A stretch of DNA of 64,000 nucleotides. Origin: Haplodiscus bocki. Lineage: Eukaryota. Location: NCBI GenBank assembly GCA_965655095.1, contig OZ296648.1, forward strand, positions 123,070,001 to 123,134,000. The letters run 5' to 3'. Below, piece by piece: positions 12,001-27,000 of this stretch. Numbering within the stretch: position 1 is the stretch's first letter; each line of letters opens with the position of its first letter. The notes under the pieces were generated by a model, which saw nothing but the letters and a program-made list of their open reading frames with translations, was not told where the DNA came from and searched no databases. A program made the position numbers and the translations under genes.

Positions 12001-15000
12001 GAACACATAAACCACAAAATGCCAATAATTAACGAGGCGGATGGCGAAATACGAAAAAAACATAACAAATTTTTGTGTCCAAAATTAAAAAAAACCATTT
12101 TTTCAGCCAAAACTATGTGAAAACGAGTTGCCTCTTCACCTGTAGCACCGTTATTCTGAAAGAAGAGTGGGGTGAAGCTAGCGTTTTCAATTTCACATTC
12201 ACCTTCATTGTATTGGGTCTTTTCAATTGCTTCGTTTCGTTTCAGGATTGTTTTCTGGGTATTATTCACGTGACTGAGACAGTTTGGGTGGGTTACTCAG
12301 ACATCAAAAGAGATTTCTGCAGAAGTCGCCAGAAACTCCGGCATGATAAATCGAGCATCGCATTTTCATCTGAATTAGCTGTGCGAGAGAGAATATTTGA
12401 GTTTAAAGGTATCAGAGCCGGTTCAATTTCGACTTCTTTGCATACAATCGATAGTAAGTCCGGTTCAAGATCTCGTATCGCGTTATGTCCGGGGATTAAA
12501 AATCCTCAAAGTTGATATGTCATTGCGTGATCATTGCGGTTTTCCTTCCTGCATTCACATAGGCGAGGCATATCCTTAATACCCGACCCATATGTCAAAT
12601 GTATTGCATCTTCGAACAATACTCTGTTGGAGTCCATTCCTTGTTGTTTGGATGGTAATGATGTCAACCATGTTGAGATTCCTTTTGCTTGCAATAGTTC
12701 TATTTGCCTCTGCATCTTATCGTCAGTTTTTCCTAGTACTTCCTAGTAGGACATTTTGTGGTTGATTGCAGTATGTTTCTTCAATATCCCGTCAGGATCA
12801 GATTGAAAAGCTTCCCCAGATATGATCGCTTCCTTTACTTCTTCAGCTAGAAAATCGGGAGAGCGGAATTGTTGTCGGCATTGATGAGACGGATATGAAG
12901 TCACGAGTCCTCCATACCCAAGAGGTAGGGCAGTAATATCTCTCCGTATCAGAAACGTTTTGACGTCCAATGACAACTTCCACGAAGCTACGAAAATCTT
13001 CTTCTAAGGAATTCATCAAATCACTCACATTGTCAAGGGGTCTCAGGAAATAGTTCCAACTGTTCTGGAGAATTCGATTGTACGCTATATGGCAGAGATA
13101 GGGCTCGGATCGCGCTCCTTTTGATAATGCGCAAACTTGATTTCTCCAGGTTTTGATTGTGTCATCTGCGAACATCCTGCAATATTCTATTTCACTTACA
13201 ACGGCTCCCAAACGTTTCCGTGCGATTTCAGTGATGTTCATTGCGGTGTTTTGGAAAAATCTGTTAGCTTCAGTTTTTATTTCTTCAGATTCGCAGATCA
13301 GCCAACATTTATATGCCTTGGGGAAGTAACCATACTTTGGGTCAAAGCCGTTTATCTGGTCCCACCTTTTTTTAACTCTCAAAATTTCACCCAGGCACGC
13401 AGCGTCATCCGCAAACCATTCCTATACTATAGTCTCTGCTTCGAGTCTTTCCATCAACGCTTTCATACCGATAGCGTAATAGGCCATAGCAATGTTGTCC
13501 CCCTGTGTAGTGCCTTCTTGCAATTCAAGTTCCATGCCTTTCCACGTGAACAGGCGTGCTGCTTCCTGGTACGTGATCATTAGATAGCAATGGACTTTGG
13601 GACAGATGAATTGAGCGTTGTGTAGGGATCTTTCCCGGTTCATGCTATTGAAAGCGATGGATGTGTCTGTCTGAAGCATGCATTCCGTTGAAGGTAAACC
13701 ATAGATTTTTTGCAGCCTCGTGGATAGCAGCTTCAATGCCACCTTCTTGTCACCGCAGGTTTGTCGGACGCCAACTTCTTCGAACACATCCGCCTTCAGA
13801 AGCTTCGAAAAAGTTTTACCGATGACTCTTCGTAGAACTTCTTCTATGCCAATCGGTCTGACAGCACTTAGCCCACCCTTGTCCAAACCAATAGTTCTGC
13901 ATGCTTTCCTCCACTAAGGCTTTCTGTTACAGTGCATGACACCCCTGTACCTGGATTTTAAATATTAGGACGCACACATAAAATCTATTTCAGTCAGGTA
14001 CCAAAAAACACAAATCTGAAACTTCACAATTTTGACATTCATGGCAGATCACCGAGTGGTCGTTCATCCACATGTCTCAAGTCGACAATTCCATGACCGA
14101 TAATTGGAAGCGCTGACTTTCATACAATAAAACTCAACAAACTTGACATTCACAGCGGATAATCCATTGGTGGACTGCGACATTGCGGTAGTAAGCTTTT
14201 CTTCGGATATTTTCATTTTCAATAATCTACTTTCTGTTACCGTCAAAGAAAGTTGAGTTCTTGAATTTGGGAAAAGATACGACTTTCAATTTATTGCGTT
14301 GGTTCGATAGATGATTTAGAAAGTTTCGCCGATAATAGTTTTTCTATTTTGATCTGTCTTTGAGAAAAAGGCAGTTTTTATTATGGTTATAATTGAGATC
14401 TTCAGAGATTTGATATGAAAAAACTGGCCAAACTGGTCAAAATGCAACATGTTAGAGACGGTTAATCGAGAGTGCTGAAATTTAGAACTCTTCAGATTTG
14501 GCGTTCATGGCCGTTAAACAAAAGCCACGGAAAAAAACATTGCTCACTATTACAAACGGGGAATTTTGTAACATTGTAACAAAAAACAACGGAAAAAATC
14601 GATTGCAAAGGAAGCAAAAACATCGTTAAAACAATGTACAGAACACGCCAATGCCCATGAGAACACATAAACCACAAAATGCCAATAATTAACAAGGCGG
14701 ATGGCGAAATACGAAAAAAACATACCAAATTTTTGTGTCCAAAATTAAAAAACACCATTTTTTCAGCCAAAACTATGTGAAAACGAGTTGCCTCTTCACC
14801 TGTAGCACCGTTATTCTGAAAGAAGAGTGGGGTGAAGCTAGCGTTTTCAATTTCACATTCACCTTCATTGTATTGGGTCGTTTCAATTGCTTCGTTTCGT
14901 TTCAGGATTGTTTTCTGGGTATTATTCACGTGACTGAGACAGTTTGGGTGGGTTACTCAGACATCAAAAGAGATTTCTGCAGAAGTCGCCAGAAACTCCG

Positions 15001-18000
15001 GCATGATAAATCGAGCATCGCATTTTCATCTGAATTAGCTGTGCGAAAGAGAATATTTGAGTTTAAAGGTATCAGAGCCGGTTCAATTTCGACTTCTTTG
15101 CATACAATCGATAGTAAGTCCGCTTCAAGATCTCGTATCGCGTTATGTCCGGGGATTAAAAATCCTCAAAGTTGATATGTCATTGCGTGATCATTGCTGT
15201 TTTCCTTCCTGCATTCACATAGGCGAGGCATATCCTTAATACCCGACCCATATGTCAAATGTATTGCATCTTCGAACAATACTCTGTTGGAGTCCATTCC
15301 TTGTTGTTTGGATGGTAATGATGTCAACCATGTTGAGATTCCTTTTGCTTGCAATAGTTCTATTTGCCTCTGCATCTTATCGTCAGTTTTTCCTAGTACT
15401 TCCTAGTAGGACATTTTGTGGTTGATTGCAGTATGTTTCTTCAATATCCCGTCAGGATCAGATTGAAAAGCTTCCCCAGATATGATCGCTTCCTTTACTT
15501 CTTCAGCTAGAAAATCGGGAGAGCGGAATTGTTGTCGGCATTGATGAGACGGATATGAAGTCACGAGTCCTCCATACCCAAGAGGTAGGGCAGTAATATC
15601 TCTCCGTATCAGAAACGTTTTGACGTCCGATGACAACTTCCACGAAGCTACGAAAATCTTCTTCTAAGGAATTCATCAAATCACTCACATTGTCAAGGGG
15701 TCTCAGGAAATAGTTCCAACTGTTCTGGAAAATTCGAGTGTACGCTATATGGCAGAGATAGGGCTCGGATCGCGCTGCTTTTGATAATGCGCAAACTTGA
15801 TTTCTCCAGGTTTTGATTGTGTCATCTGCGAACATCCTGCAATATTCTATTTCACCTACAACGGCTCCCAAACGTTTCCGTGCGATTTCAGTGATGTTCA
15901 TTGCGGTGTTTTGGAAAAATCTGTTAGCTTCAGTTTTTATTTCTTCAGATTCGCAGATCAGCCAACATTTATATGCCTTGGGGAAGTAACCATACTTTGG
16001 GTCAAAGCAGTTTATCTGGTCCCACCATTTTTTAACTCTCGAAAGTTCACCCAGGCACGCAGCGTCATCCGCAAGCCATTCCTATACTATAGTCTCTGCT
16101 TCGAGTCTTTCCATCAAGGCTTTCATACCGATAGCGTAATAGGCCATAGCAATGTTGTCCCCTTGTGTAGTGCCTTCTTGCAAATCAAGTTCCAGGCCTT
16201 TCCTCGTGAACAGGCGTCCTGCTTCCTGGTACGTGATCATTAGATAGCAATGGACTTTGGGACAGATGAATTGAGCGTTGTGTAGGGATCTTTCCCGGTT
16301 CATGCTATTGAAAGCGATGGATGTGTCTGTCTGAAGCATGCATTCCGTTGAAGGTAAACCATAGATTTTTTGCAGCCTCGTGGATAGCAGCTTCAATGCC
16401 ACCTTCTTGTCACCGCAGGTTTGTCGGACGCCAACTTCTTCGAACACATCCGCCTTCAGAAGCTTCGAAAAAGTTTTACCGATGACTCTTCGTAGAACTT
16501 CTTCTATGCCAATCGGTCTGACAGCACTTAGCCCACCCTTGTCCAAACCAATAGTTCTGCATGCTTTCCTCCACTAAGGCTTTCTGTTACAGTGCATGAC
16601 ACCCCTTTAACTGGATTTCAAATATTAGGACGCACACATGTAATCTATTTCAGTCAGGTACCAGAAAACACAAATCTGAAACTTCACAATTTTGACATTC
16701 ATAGCAGATCACCGAGTGGTCGTTCATCCACATGTCTCAAGTCGACAATTCCATGACCAAGAATTCGGAGCGCTGACTTTCATACAATAAAACTCAACAA
16801 ACTTGACATTTACAGCGGATAATCGATTGGTGGACTGCGATATTGCGGTAGTAGGCTTTTCTTCGGATATTTTCATTTTCAATAATCTACTTTCTGTTAC
16901 CGTCAAAGAAAGTTGAGTTCATGAATTTGAGAAAAGATACGACTTTCAATTTATTGCGTTGTGTTCGATAGATGATTTAGAAAGTTTCGCCGAAATAGTT
17001 TCTATTTTGATCTGTCTTTGAGAAAAAGGTAGTTTTTATTATGGTTATAATTGAGATCTTAGAGATTTGATATGACAAAACTGGTCAAACTGGTCAAAAT
17101 GCAACATGTTAGAGACGGTTAATCAAGAGTGCTGAAATTTAGAACTCTTCAGATTTGGCGTTCATGGCCGTTAAACGAAAGCCACGGAAAAAAACATTGC
17201 TCACTAATACAAACGGGGAATTTTGTAACATTGTAACAAAAAACAACGGAAAAAATCGATTGCAAAGGAAGCAAAAACATCGTTAAAACAATGTACAGAA
17301 CACGCCAATGCCCATGAGAACACATAAACCACAAAATGCCAATAATTAACAAGGCGGATGGCGAAATACGAAAAAAACATACCCAATTTTTGTGTCCAAA
17401 ATTAAAAAAAACCATTTTTTCAGCCAAAACTATGTGAAAACGAGTTGCCTCTTCACCTGTAGCACCGTTATTCTGAAAGAAGAGTGGGGTGAAGCTAGCG
17501 TTTTCAATTTCACATTCACCTTAATTGTATTGGGTCTTTTCAATTGTTTCGTTTCGTTTCAGGATTGTTTTCTGGGTATTATTCACGTGACTGAGACAGT
17601 TTGGGTGGGTTACTCAGACATCAAAAGAGATTTCTGCAGAAGTCGCCAGAAACTCCGGCATGATAAATCGAGCATCGCATTTTCATCTGAATTAGCTGTG
17701 CGAGAGAGAATATTTGAGCTTAAAGGTATCAGAGCCGGTTCAATTTCGACTTCTTTGCATACAATCGATAGTAAGTCCGCTTCAAGATCTCGTATCGCGT
17801 TATGTCCGGGGATTAAAAATCCTCAAAGTTGATATGTCATTGCGTGATCATTGCTGTTTTCCTTCCTGCATTCACATAGGCGAGGCATATCCTTAATACC
17901 CGACCCATATGTCAAATGTATTGCATCTTCGAACAATACTCTGTTGGAGTCCATTGCTTGTTGTTTGGATGGAAATAATGTCAACCATGTTGAGATTCCT

Positions 18001-21000
18001 TTTGCTTGCAATAGTTCTATTTGCCTCTGCATCTTATCGTCAGTTTTTCCTAGTACTTCCTAGTAGGACATTTTGTGGTTGATTGCAGTATGTTTCTTCA
18101 ATATCCCGTCAGGATCAGATTGAAAAGCTTCCCCAGATATGATCGCTTCCTTTACTTCTTCAGCTAAAAATCGGGAGAGCGGAATTGTTGTCGGCATTGA
18201 TGAGACGGATATGAAGTCACGAGTCCTCCATACCCAAGAGGTAGGGCAGTAGTATCTCTCCGTATCAGAAACGTTTTGGTGTCCGATGATAACTTCCACG
18301 AAGCTACGAAAATCTTCTTCTAAGGGTTTCATCAAATCACTCACATTGTCAAGGGTTCTCTGGAAATAGTTCCAACTGTTCTAGAGAATTCGATTGTACG
18401 CTATGTGGCAGAGATAGGGCTCGGATCGCGCTGCTTTTGATAATGCGCAAACTTGATTTCTCTAGGTTTTGATTTTGTCATCTGCGAACATCCTGCAATA
18501 TTCTATTTCACCTAAAACGGCTCCCAAAATTTTCCGTGCGGTTTGAATGATGTTCATTCCGGTGTTTTGGAAAAATCTGTTAGCTTCAGCTTTTATTTCT
18601 TCAGATTCGCAGATCAGCCAACATTTATATGCCTTGGGAAAGTAACCATACTTTGGGTCAAAGCCGTTTATCTGGTCCCACCATTTTTTTAACTCTCAAA
18701 ATTTCACCCAGGCACGCAGCGTCATCCGCAAACCATTCCTATACTATAGTCTCTGCTTCGAGTCTTTCCATTAACGCATTCATACCCATAGCGTAATAGG
18801 CCATAGCAATGTTGTCCCCTTGTGTAGTGCCTTCTTGCAAATCAAGTTCCAGGCCTTTCCTCGTGAACAGGCGTCCTGCTTCCTGGTACGTGATCATTAG
18901 ATAGCAATGGACTTTGGGACAGATGAATTGAGCGTTGTGTAGGGATCTTTCCCGGTTCATGCTATTGAAAGCGATGGATGTGTCTGTCTGAAGCATGCAT
19001 TCCGTTGAAGGTAAACCATAGATTTTTTGCAGCCTCGTGGATAGCAGCTTCAATGCCACCTTCTTGTCACCGCAGGTTTGTCGGACGCCAACTTCTTCGA
19101 ACACATCCGCCTTCAGAAGCTTCGAAAAAGTTTTACCGATGACTCTTCGTAGAACTTCTTCTATGCCAATCGGTCTGACAGCACTTAGCCCACCCTTGTC
19201 CAAACCAATAGTTCTGCATGCTTTCCTCCACTAAGGCTTTCTGTTACAGTGCATGACACCCCTTTAACTGGATTTCAAATATTAGGACGCACACATGTAA
19301 TCTATTTCAGTCAGGTACCAGAAAACACAAATCTGAAACTTCACAATTTTGACATTCATAGCAGATCACCGAGTGGTCGTTCATCCACATGTCTCAAGTC
19401 GACAATTCCATGACCAAGAATTCGGAGCGCTGACTTTCATACAATAAAACTCAACAAACTTGACATTTACAGCGGATAATCGATTGGTGGACTGCGATAT
19501 TGCGGTAGTAGGCTTTTCTTCGGATATTTTCATTTTCAATAATCTACTTTCTGTTACCGTCAAAGAAAGTTGAGTTCATGAATTTGAGAAAAGATACGAC
19601 TTTCAATTTATTGCGTTGTGTTCGATAGATGATTTAGAAAGTTTCGCCGAAATAGTTTCTATTTTGATCTGTCTTTGAGAAAAAGGTAGTTTTTATTATG
19701 GTTATAATTGAGATCTTAGAGATTTGATATGACAAAACTGGTCAAACTGGTCAAAATGCAACATGTTAGAGACGGTTAATCAAGAGTGCTGAAATTTAGA
19801 ACTCTTCAGATTTGGCGTTCATGGCCGTTAAACGAAAGCCACGGAAAAAAACATTGCTCACTAATACAAACGGGGAATTTTGTAACATTGTAACAAAAAA
19901 CAACGGAAAAAATCGATTGCAAAGGAAGCAAAAACATCGTTAAAACAATGTACAGAACACGCCAATGCCCATGAGAACACATAAACCACAAAATGCCAAT
20001 AATTAACAAGGCGGATGGCGAAATACGAAAAAAACATACCCAATTTTTGTGTCCAAAATTAAAAAAAACCATTTTTTCAGCCAAAACTATGTGAAAACGA
20101 GTTGCCTCTTCACCTGTAGCACCGTTATTCTGAAAGAAGAGTGGGGTGAAGCTAGCGTTTTCAATTTCACATTCACCTTAATTGTATTGGGTCTTTTCAA
20201 TTGTTTCGTTTCGTTTCAGGATTGTTTTCTGGGTATTATTCACGTGACTGAGACAGTTTGGGTGGGTTACTCAGACATCAAAAGAGATTTCTGCAGAAGT
20301 CGCCAGAAACTCCGGCATGATAAATCGAGCATCGCATTTTCATCTGAATTAGCTGTGCGAGAGAGAATATTTGAGCTTAAAGGTATCAGAGCCGGTTCAA
20401 TTTCGACTTCTTTGCATACAATCGATAGTAAGTCCGCTTCAAGATCTCGTATCGCGTTATGTCCGGGGATTAAAAATCCTCAAAGTTGATATGTCATTGC
20501 GTGATCATTGCTGTTTTCCTTCCTGCATTCACATAGGCGAGGCATATCCTTAATACCCGACCCATATGTCAAATGTATTGCATCTTCGAACAATACTCTG
20601 TTGGAGTCCATTGCTTGTTGTTTGGATGGAAATAATGTCAACCATGTTGAGATTCCTTTTGCTTGCAATAGTTCTATTTGCCTCTGCATCTTATCGTCAG
20701 TTTTTCCTAGTACTTCCTAGTAGGACATTTTGTGGTTGATTGCAGTATGTTTCTTCAATATCCCGTCAGGATCAGATTGAAAAGCTTCCCCAGATATGAT
20801 CGCTTCCTTTACTTCTTCAGCTAAAAATCGGGAGAGCGGAATTGTTGTCGGCATTGATGAGACGGATATGAAGTCACGAGTCCTCCATACCCAAGAGGTA
20901 GGGCAGTAATATCTCTCCGTATCAGAAACGTTTTGACGTCCGATGACAACTTCCACGAAGCTACGAAAATCTTCTTCTAAGGAATTCATCAAACCACTCA

Positions 21001-24000
21001 CATTGTCAAGGGGTCTCAGGAAAAAGTTCCAACTGTTCTGGAAAATTCGAGTGTACGCTATATGGCCGAGATAGGGCTCGGATCGCGCTGCTTTTGATAA
21101 TGCGCAAACTTGATTTCTCCAGGTTTTGATTGTGTCATCTGCGAACATCCTGCAATATTCTATTTCACCTACAACGGCTCCCAAACGTTTCCGTGCGATT
21201 TCAGTGATGTTCATTGCGGTGTTTTGGAAAAATCTGTTAGCTTCAGTTTTTATTTCTTCAGATTCGCAGATCAGCCAACATTTATATGCCTTGGGGAAGT
21301 AACCATACTTTGGGTCAAAGCAGTTTATCTGGTCCCACCATTTTTTAACTCTCGAAAGTTCACCCAGGCACGCAGCGTCATCCGCAAGCCATTCCTATAC
21401 TATAGTCTCTGCTTCGAGTCTTTCCATCAAGGCTTTCATACCGATAGCGTAATAGGCCATAGCAATGTTGTCCCCTTGTGTAGTGCCTTCTTGCAAATCA
21501 AGTTCCAGGCCTTTCCTCGTGAACAGGCGTCCTGCTTCCTGGTACGTGATCATCAGATCGCAATGGACTTTGGGACAGATGAATTGAGCGTTGTGTAGGG
21601 ATCTTTCTCGGCTCATGCTATTGAAAGCGTTGGATGTGTCTGTCTGAAGCATGCATTCCGTTGAAGGTAAACCATAGATTTTTTGCAGCCTCGTGGATAG
21701 CAGCTTCAATGCCACCTTCTTGTCCACCGCAGGTTTGTCGGACGCCAACTTCTTCGAACACATCCGCCTTCAGAAGCTTCGAAAAAGTTTTACCGATGAC
21801 TCTTCGTAGAACTTCTTCTATGCCAATCGGTCTGACAGCACTTAGCCCACCCTTGTCCAAACCAATAGTTCTGCATGCTTTCCTCCACTAAGGCTTTCTG
21901 TTACAGTGCATGACACCCCTTTAACTGGATTTCAAATATTAGGACGCACACATGTAATCTATTTCAGTCAGGTACCAGAAAACACAAATCTGAAACTTCA
22001 CAATTTTGACATTCATAGCAGATCACCGAGTGGTCGTTCATCCACATGTCTCAAGTCGACAATTCCATGACCGATAAATGGAAGCGCTGACTTTCATACA
22101 ATAAAACTCAACAAACTTGACATTTACAGCGGATAATCGATTGGTCGACTGCGATATTGCGGTAGTAAGCTTTTCTTCGGATATTTTCATTTTCAATAAT
22201 CTACTTTCTGTTACCGTCAAAGAAAGTTGAGTTCTTGAATTTGGGAAAAGATACGACTTTCAATTTATTGCGTTGGGTTCGTTAGATAATTTAGAAAGTT
22301 TCGCCGATAATAGTTTTTCTATTTTGATCCGTCTTTGAGAAAAAGGTAGTTTTTATTATGGTTATAATTGAGATCTTAGAGATTTGATATGACAAAACTG
22401 GTCAAACTGGTCAAAATGCAACATGTTAGAGACGGTTAATCAAGAGTGCTGAAATTTAGAACTCTTCAGATTTGGCGTTCATGGCCGTTAAACGAAAGCC
22501 ACGGAAAAAAACATTGCTCACTAATACAAACGGGGAATTTTGTAACATTGTAACAAAAAACAACGGAAAAAATCGATTGCAAAGGAAGCAAAAACATCGT
22601 TAAAACAATGTACAGAACACGCCAATGCCCATGAGAACACATAAACCACAAAATGCCAATAATTAACAAGGCGGATGGCGAAATACGAAAAAAACATACC
22701 CAATTTTTGTGTCCAAAATTAAAAAAAACCATTTTTTCAGCCAAAACTATGTGAAAACGAGTTGCCTCTTCACCTGTAGCACCGTTATTCTGAAAGAAGA
22801 GTGGGGTGAAGCTAGCGTTTTCAATTTCACATTCACCTTAATTGTATTGGGTCTTTTCAATTGTTTCGTTTCGTTTCAGGATTGTTTTCTGGGTATTATT
22901 CACGTGACTGAGACAGTTTGGGTGGGTTACTCAGACATCAAAAGAGATTTCTGCAGAAGTCGCCAGAAACTCCGGCATGATAAATCGAGCATCGCATTTT
23001 CATCTGAATTAGCTGTGCGAGAGAGAATATTTGAGCTTAAAGGTATCAGAGCCGGTTCAATTTCGACTTCTTTGCATACAATCGATAGTAAGTCCGCTTC
23101 AAGATCTCGTATCGCGTTATGTCCGGGGATTAAAAATCCTCAAAGTTGATATGTCATTGCGTGATCATTGCTGTTTTCCTTCCTGCATTCACATAGGCGA
23201 GGCATATCCTTAATACCCGACCCATATGTCAAATGTATTGCATCTTCGAACAATACTCTGTTGGAGTCCATTGCTTGTTGTTTGGATGGAAATAATGTCA
23301 ACCATGTTGAGATTCCTTTTGCTTGCAATAGTTCTATTTGCCTCTGCATCTTATCGTCAGTTTTTCCTAGTACTTCCTAGTAGGACATTTTGTGGTTGAT
23401 TGCAGTATGTTTCTTCAATATCCCGTCAGGATCAGATTGAAAAGCTTCCCCAGATATGATCGCTTCCTTTACTTCTTCAGCTAAAAATCGGGAGAGCGGA
23501 ATTGTTGTCGGCATTGATGAGACGGATATGAAGTCACGAGTCCTCCATACCCAAGAGGTAGGGCAGTAATATCTCTCCGTATCAGAAACGTTTTGACGTC
23601 CGATGACAACTTCCACGAAGCTACGAAAATCTTCTTCTAAGGAATTCATCAAACCACTCACATTGTCAAGGGGTCTCAGGAAAAAGTTCCAACTGTTCTG
23701 GAAAATTCGAGTGTACGCTATATGGCCGAGATAGGGCTCGGATCGCGCTGCTTTTGATAATGCGCAAACTTGATTTCTCCAGGTTTTGATTGTGTCATCT
23801 GCGAACATCCTGCAATATTCTATTTCACCTACAACGGCTCCCAAACGTTTCCGTGCGATTTCAGTGATGTTCATTGCGGTGTTTTGGAAAAATCTGTTAG
23901 CTTCAGTTTTTATTTCTTCAGATTCGCAGATCAGCCAACATTTATATGCCTTGGGGAAGTAACCATACTTTGGGTCAAAGCAGTTTATCTGGTCCCACCA

Positions 24001-27000
24001 TTTTTTAACTCTCGAAAGTTCACCCAGGCACGCAGCGTCATCCGCAAGCCATTCCTATACTATAGTCTCTGCTTCGAGTCTTTCCATCAAGGCTTTCATA
24101 CCGATAGCGTAATAGGCCATAGCAATGTTGTCCCCTTGTGTAGTGCCTTCTTGCAAATCAAGTTCCAGGCCTTTCCTCGTGAACAGGCGTCCTGCTTCCT
24201 GGTACGTGATCATCAGATCGCAATGGACTTTGGGACAGATGAATTGAGCGTTGTGTAGGGATCTTTCTCGGCTCATGCTATTGAAAGCGTTGGATGTGTC
24301 TGTCTGAAGCATGCATTCCGTTGAAGGTAAACCATAGATTTTTTGCAGCCTCGTGGATAGCAGCTTCAATGCCACCTTCTTGTCCACCGCAGGTTTGTCG
24401 GACGCCAACTTCTTCGAACACATCCGCCTTCAGAAGCTTCGAAAAAGTTTTACCAATGACTCTTCGTAGAACTTCTTCTATGCCAATCGGTCTGACAGCA
24501 CTTAGCCCACCCTTGTCCAAACCAATAGTTCTGCATGCTTTCCTCCACTAAGGCTTTCTGTTACAGTGCATGACACCCCTTTAACTGGATTTCAAATATT
24601 AGGACGCACACATGTAATCTATTTCAGTCAGGTACCAGAAAACACAAATCTGAAACTTCACAATTTTGACATTCATAGCAGATCACCGAGTGGTCGTTCA
24701 TCCACATGTCTCAAGTCGACAATTCCATGACCGAGAATTGGGAGCGCTGACTTTCATACAATAAAACTCAACAAACTTGACATTTACAGCGGATAATCGA
24801 TTGGTGGACTGCGATATTGCGGTAGTAAGCTTTTCTTCGGATATTTTCATTTTCAATAATCTACTTTCTGTTACCGTCAAAGAAAGTTGAGTTCAAGAAT
24901 TTGAGAAAAGATACGACTTTCAATTTATTGCGTTGTGTTCGATAGATGATTTAGAAAGTTTCGCCGAAAAAGTTTTTCTATTTTGATCTGTCTTTGAGAA
25001 AAAGGTAGTTTTTATTATGGTTATAATTGAGATCTTAGAGATTTGATATGACAAAACTGGTCAAACTGGTCAAAATGCAACATGTTATAGACGGTTAATC
25101 AATAGTGCTGAAAATTACAACTCTTCAGATTTGGCGTTCATGGCCGTTAAACAAAAGCCACGGAAAAAAACATTGCTCACTAATACAAAGGAGGAATTTT
25201 GTAACATTGTAACAAAAAACAACGGAAAAAATCGATTGCAAAGGAAGCAAAAACATCGTTAAAACAATGTACAGAACACGCCAATGCCCATGAGAACACA
25301 TAAACCACAAAACGCCAATATTTAACAAGGTGGATCGCGAAATCCGAAAAAAACATACTATATTTTTGTGTCCAAAATTAAAAAACAAATTCATTTTTTT
25401 CAGCCAAAACTAAGTGAAAACGAGTTGCCTCTTCACCTGTAGCACCGTTATTCTGAAAGAAGAGTGGGGTGAAGCTAGCGTTTTCAATTTCACAATCACG
25501 TTCAATGTAATGTGTCTTTTCAATTGTTTCGTTTTGTTTCAGGATTGTTTTCTGGGTATTATTCACGTGACTGAGACAGTTTGGCTGGGTTACTCAGACA
25601 GCAAAAGAGATTTCTGCAGAAGTCGCCAGAAACTCCGGCATGATAAATCGAGCATCGCATTTTCATCTGAATCAGCTGTGCGAGAGAGAATATTTGATTT
25701 TAAAGGTATCAGAGCCGGTTCAATTTCGACTTCTTTGCATACAATCGATAGTAAGTCCGCTTCAAGATCTCGTATCGCGTTATGTCCGGGGATTACAAAT
25801 CCTCAAAGTTGATATGTCATTGCATGATCATTGCTGTTTTCCTTCCTGCATTCACATAGGCGAGGCATATCTTTAATACCCGACCCATATGTCAAATGTA
25901 TTGCATCTTCGAACAATACTCTGTTGGAGTCCGTTCCTTGTTGTTTGGATGGTGATGATGTCAACCATGTTGAGATTCCTTTTGCTTGCAATAGTTCTAT
26001 GTGCCTCTGCATTTTATCGTCAGTTTTTCCTAGTACTTCCTAGTAGGACAATTTGTGGTTGATTGCAGTATGTTTCTTCAATATCCCGTCAGGATCAGAT
26101 TGAAAAGCTTCCCCAGATATGATCGCTTCCTTTACTTCTTCAGCTAGAAAATCGGGAGAGCGGAATTGTTGTCGGCATTGATGAGACGGATATGAAGTCA
26201 CGAGTCCTCCATACCCAAGAGGTAGGGCAGTAATATCTCTCCGTATCAGAAACGTTTTGACGTCCGATGACAACTTCCACGAAGCTACGAAAATCTTCTT
26301 CTAAGGAATTCATCAAATCACTCACATTGTCAAGGGGTCTCAGGAAATAGTTCCAACTGTTCTGGAAAATTCGAGTGTACGCTATATGGCAGAGATAGGG
26401 CTCGGATCGCGCTGCTTTAGATAATGCGCAAACTTGATTTCTCCAGGTTTTGATTGTGTCATCTGCGAACATCCTGCAATATTCTATTTCACCTACAACG
26501 GCTCCCAAACGTTTCCGTGCGATTTCAGTGATGTTCATTGCGGTGTTTTGGAAAAATCTGTTAGCTTCAGTTTTTATTTCTTCAGATTCGCAGATCAGCC
26601 AACATTTATATGCCTTGGGGAAGTAACCATACTTTGGGTCAAAGCAGTTTATCTGGTCCCACCATTTTTTAACTCTCAAAAGTTCACCCAGGCACGCAGC
26701 GTCATCCGCAAGCCATTCCTATACTATAGTCTCTGCTTCGAGTCTTTCCATCAAGGCTTTCATACCGATAGCGTAATAGGCCATAGCAATGTTGTCCCCT
26801 TGTGTAGTGCCTTCTTGCAAATCAAGTTCCAGGCCTTTCCTCGTGAACAGGCGTCCTGCTTCCTGGTACGTGATCATCAGATCGCAATGGACTTTGGGAC
26901 AGATGAATTGAGCGTTGTGTAGGGATCTTTCTCGGCTCATGCTATTGAAAGCGTTGGATGTGTCTGTCTGAAGCATGCATTCCGTTGAAGGTAAACCATA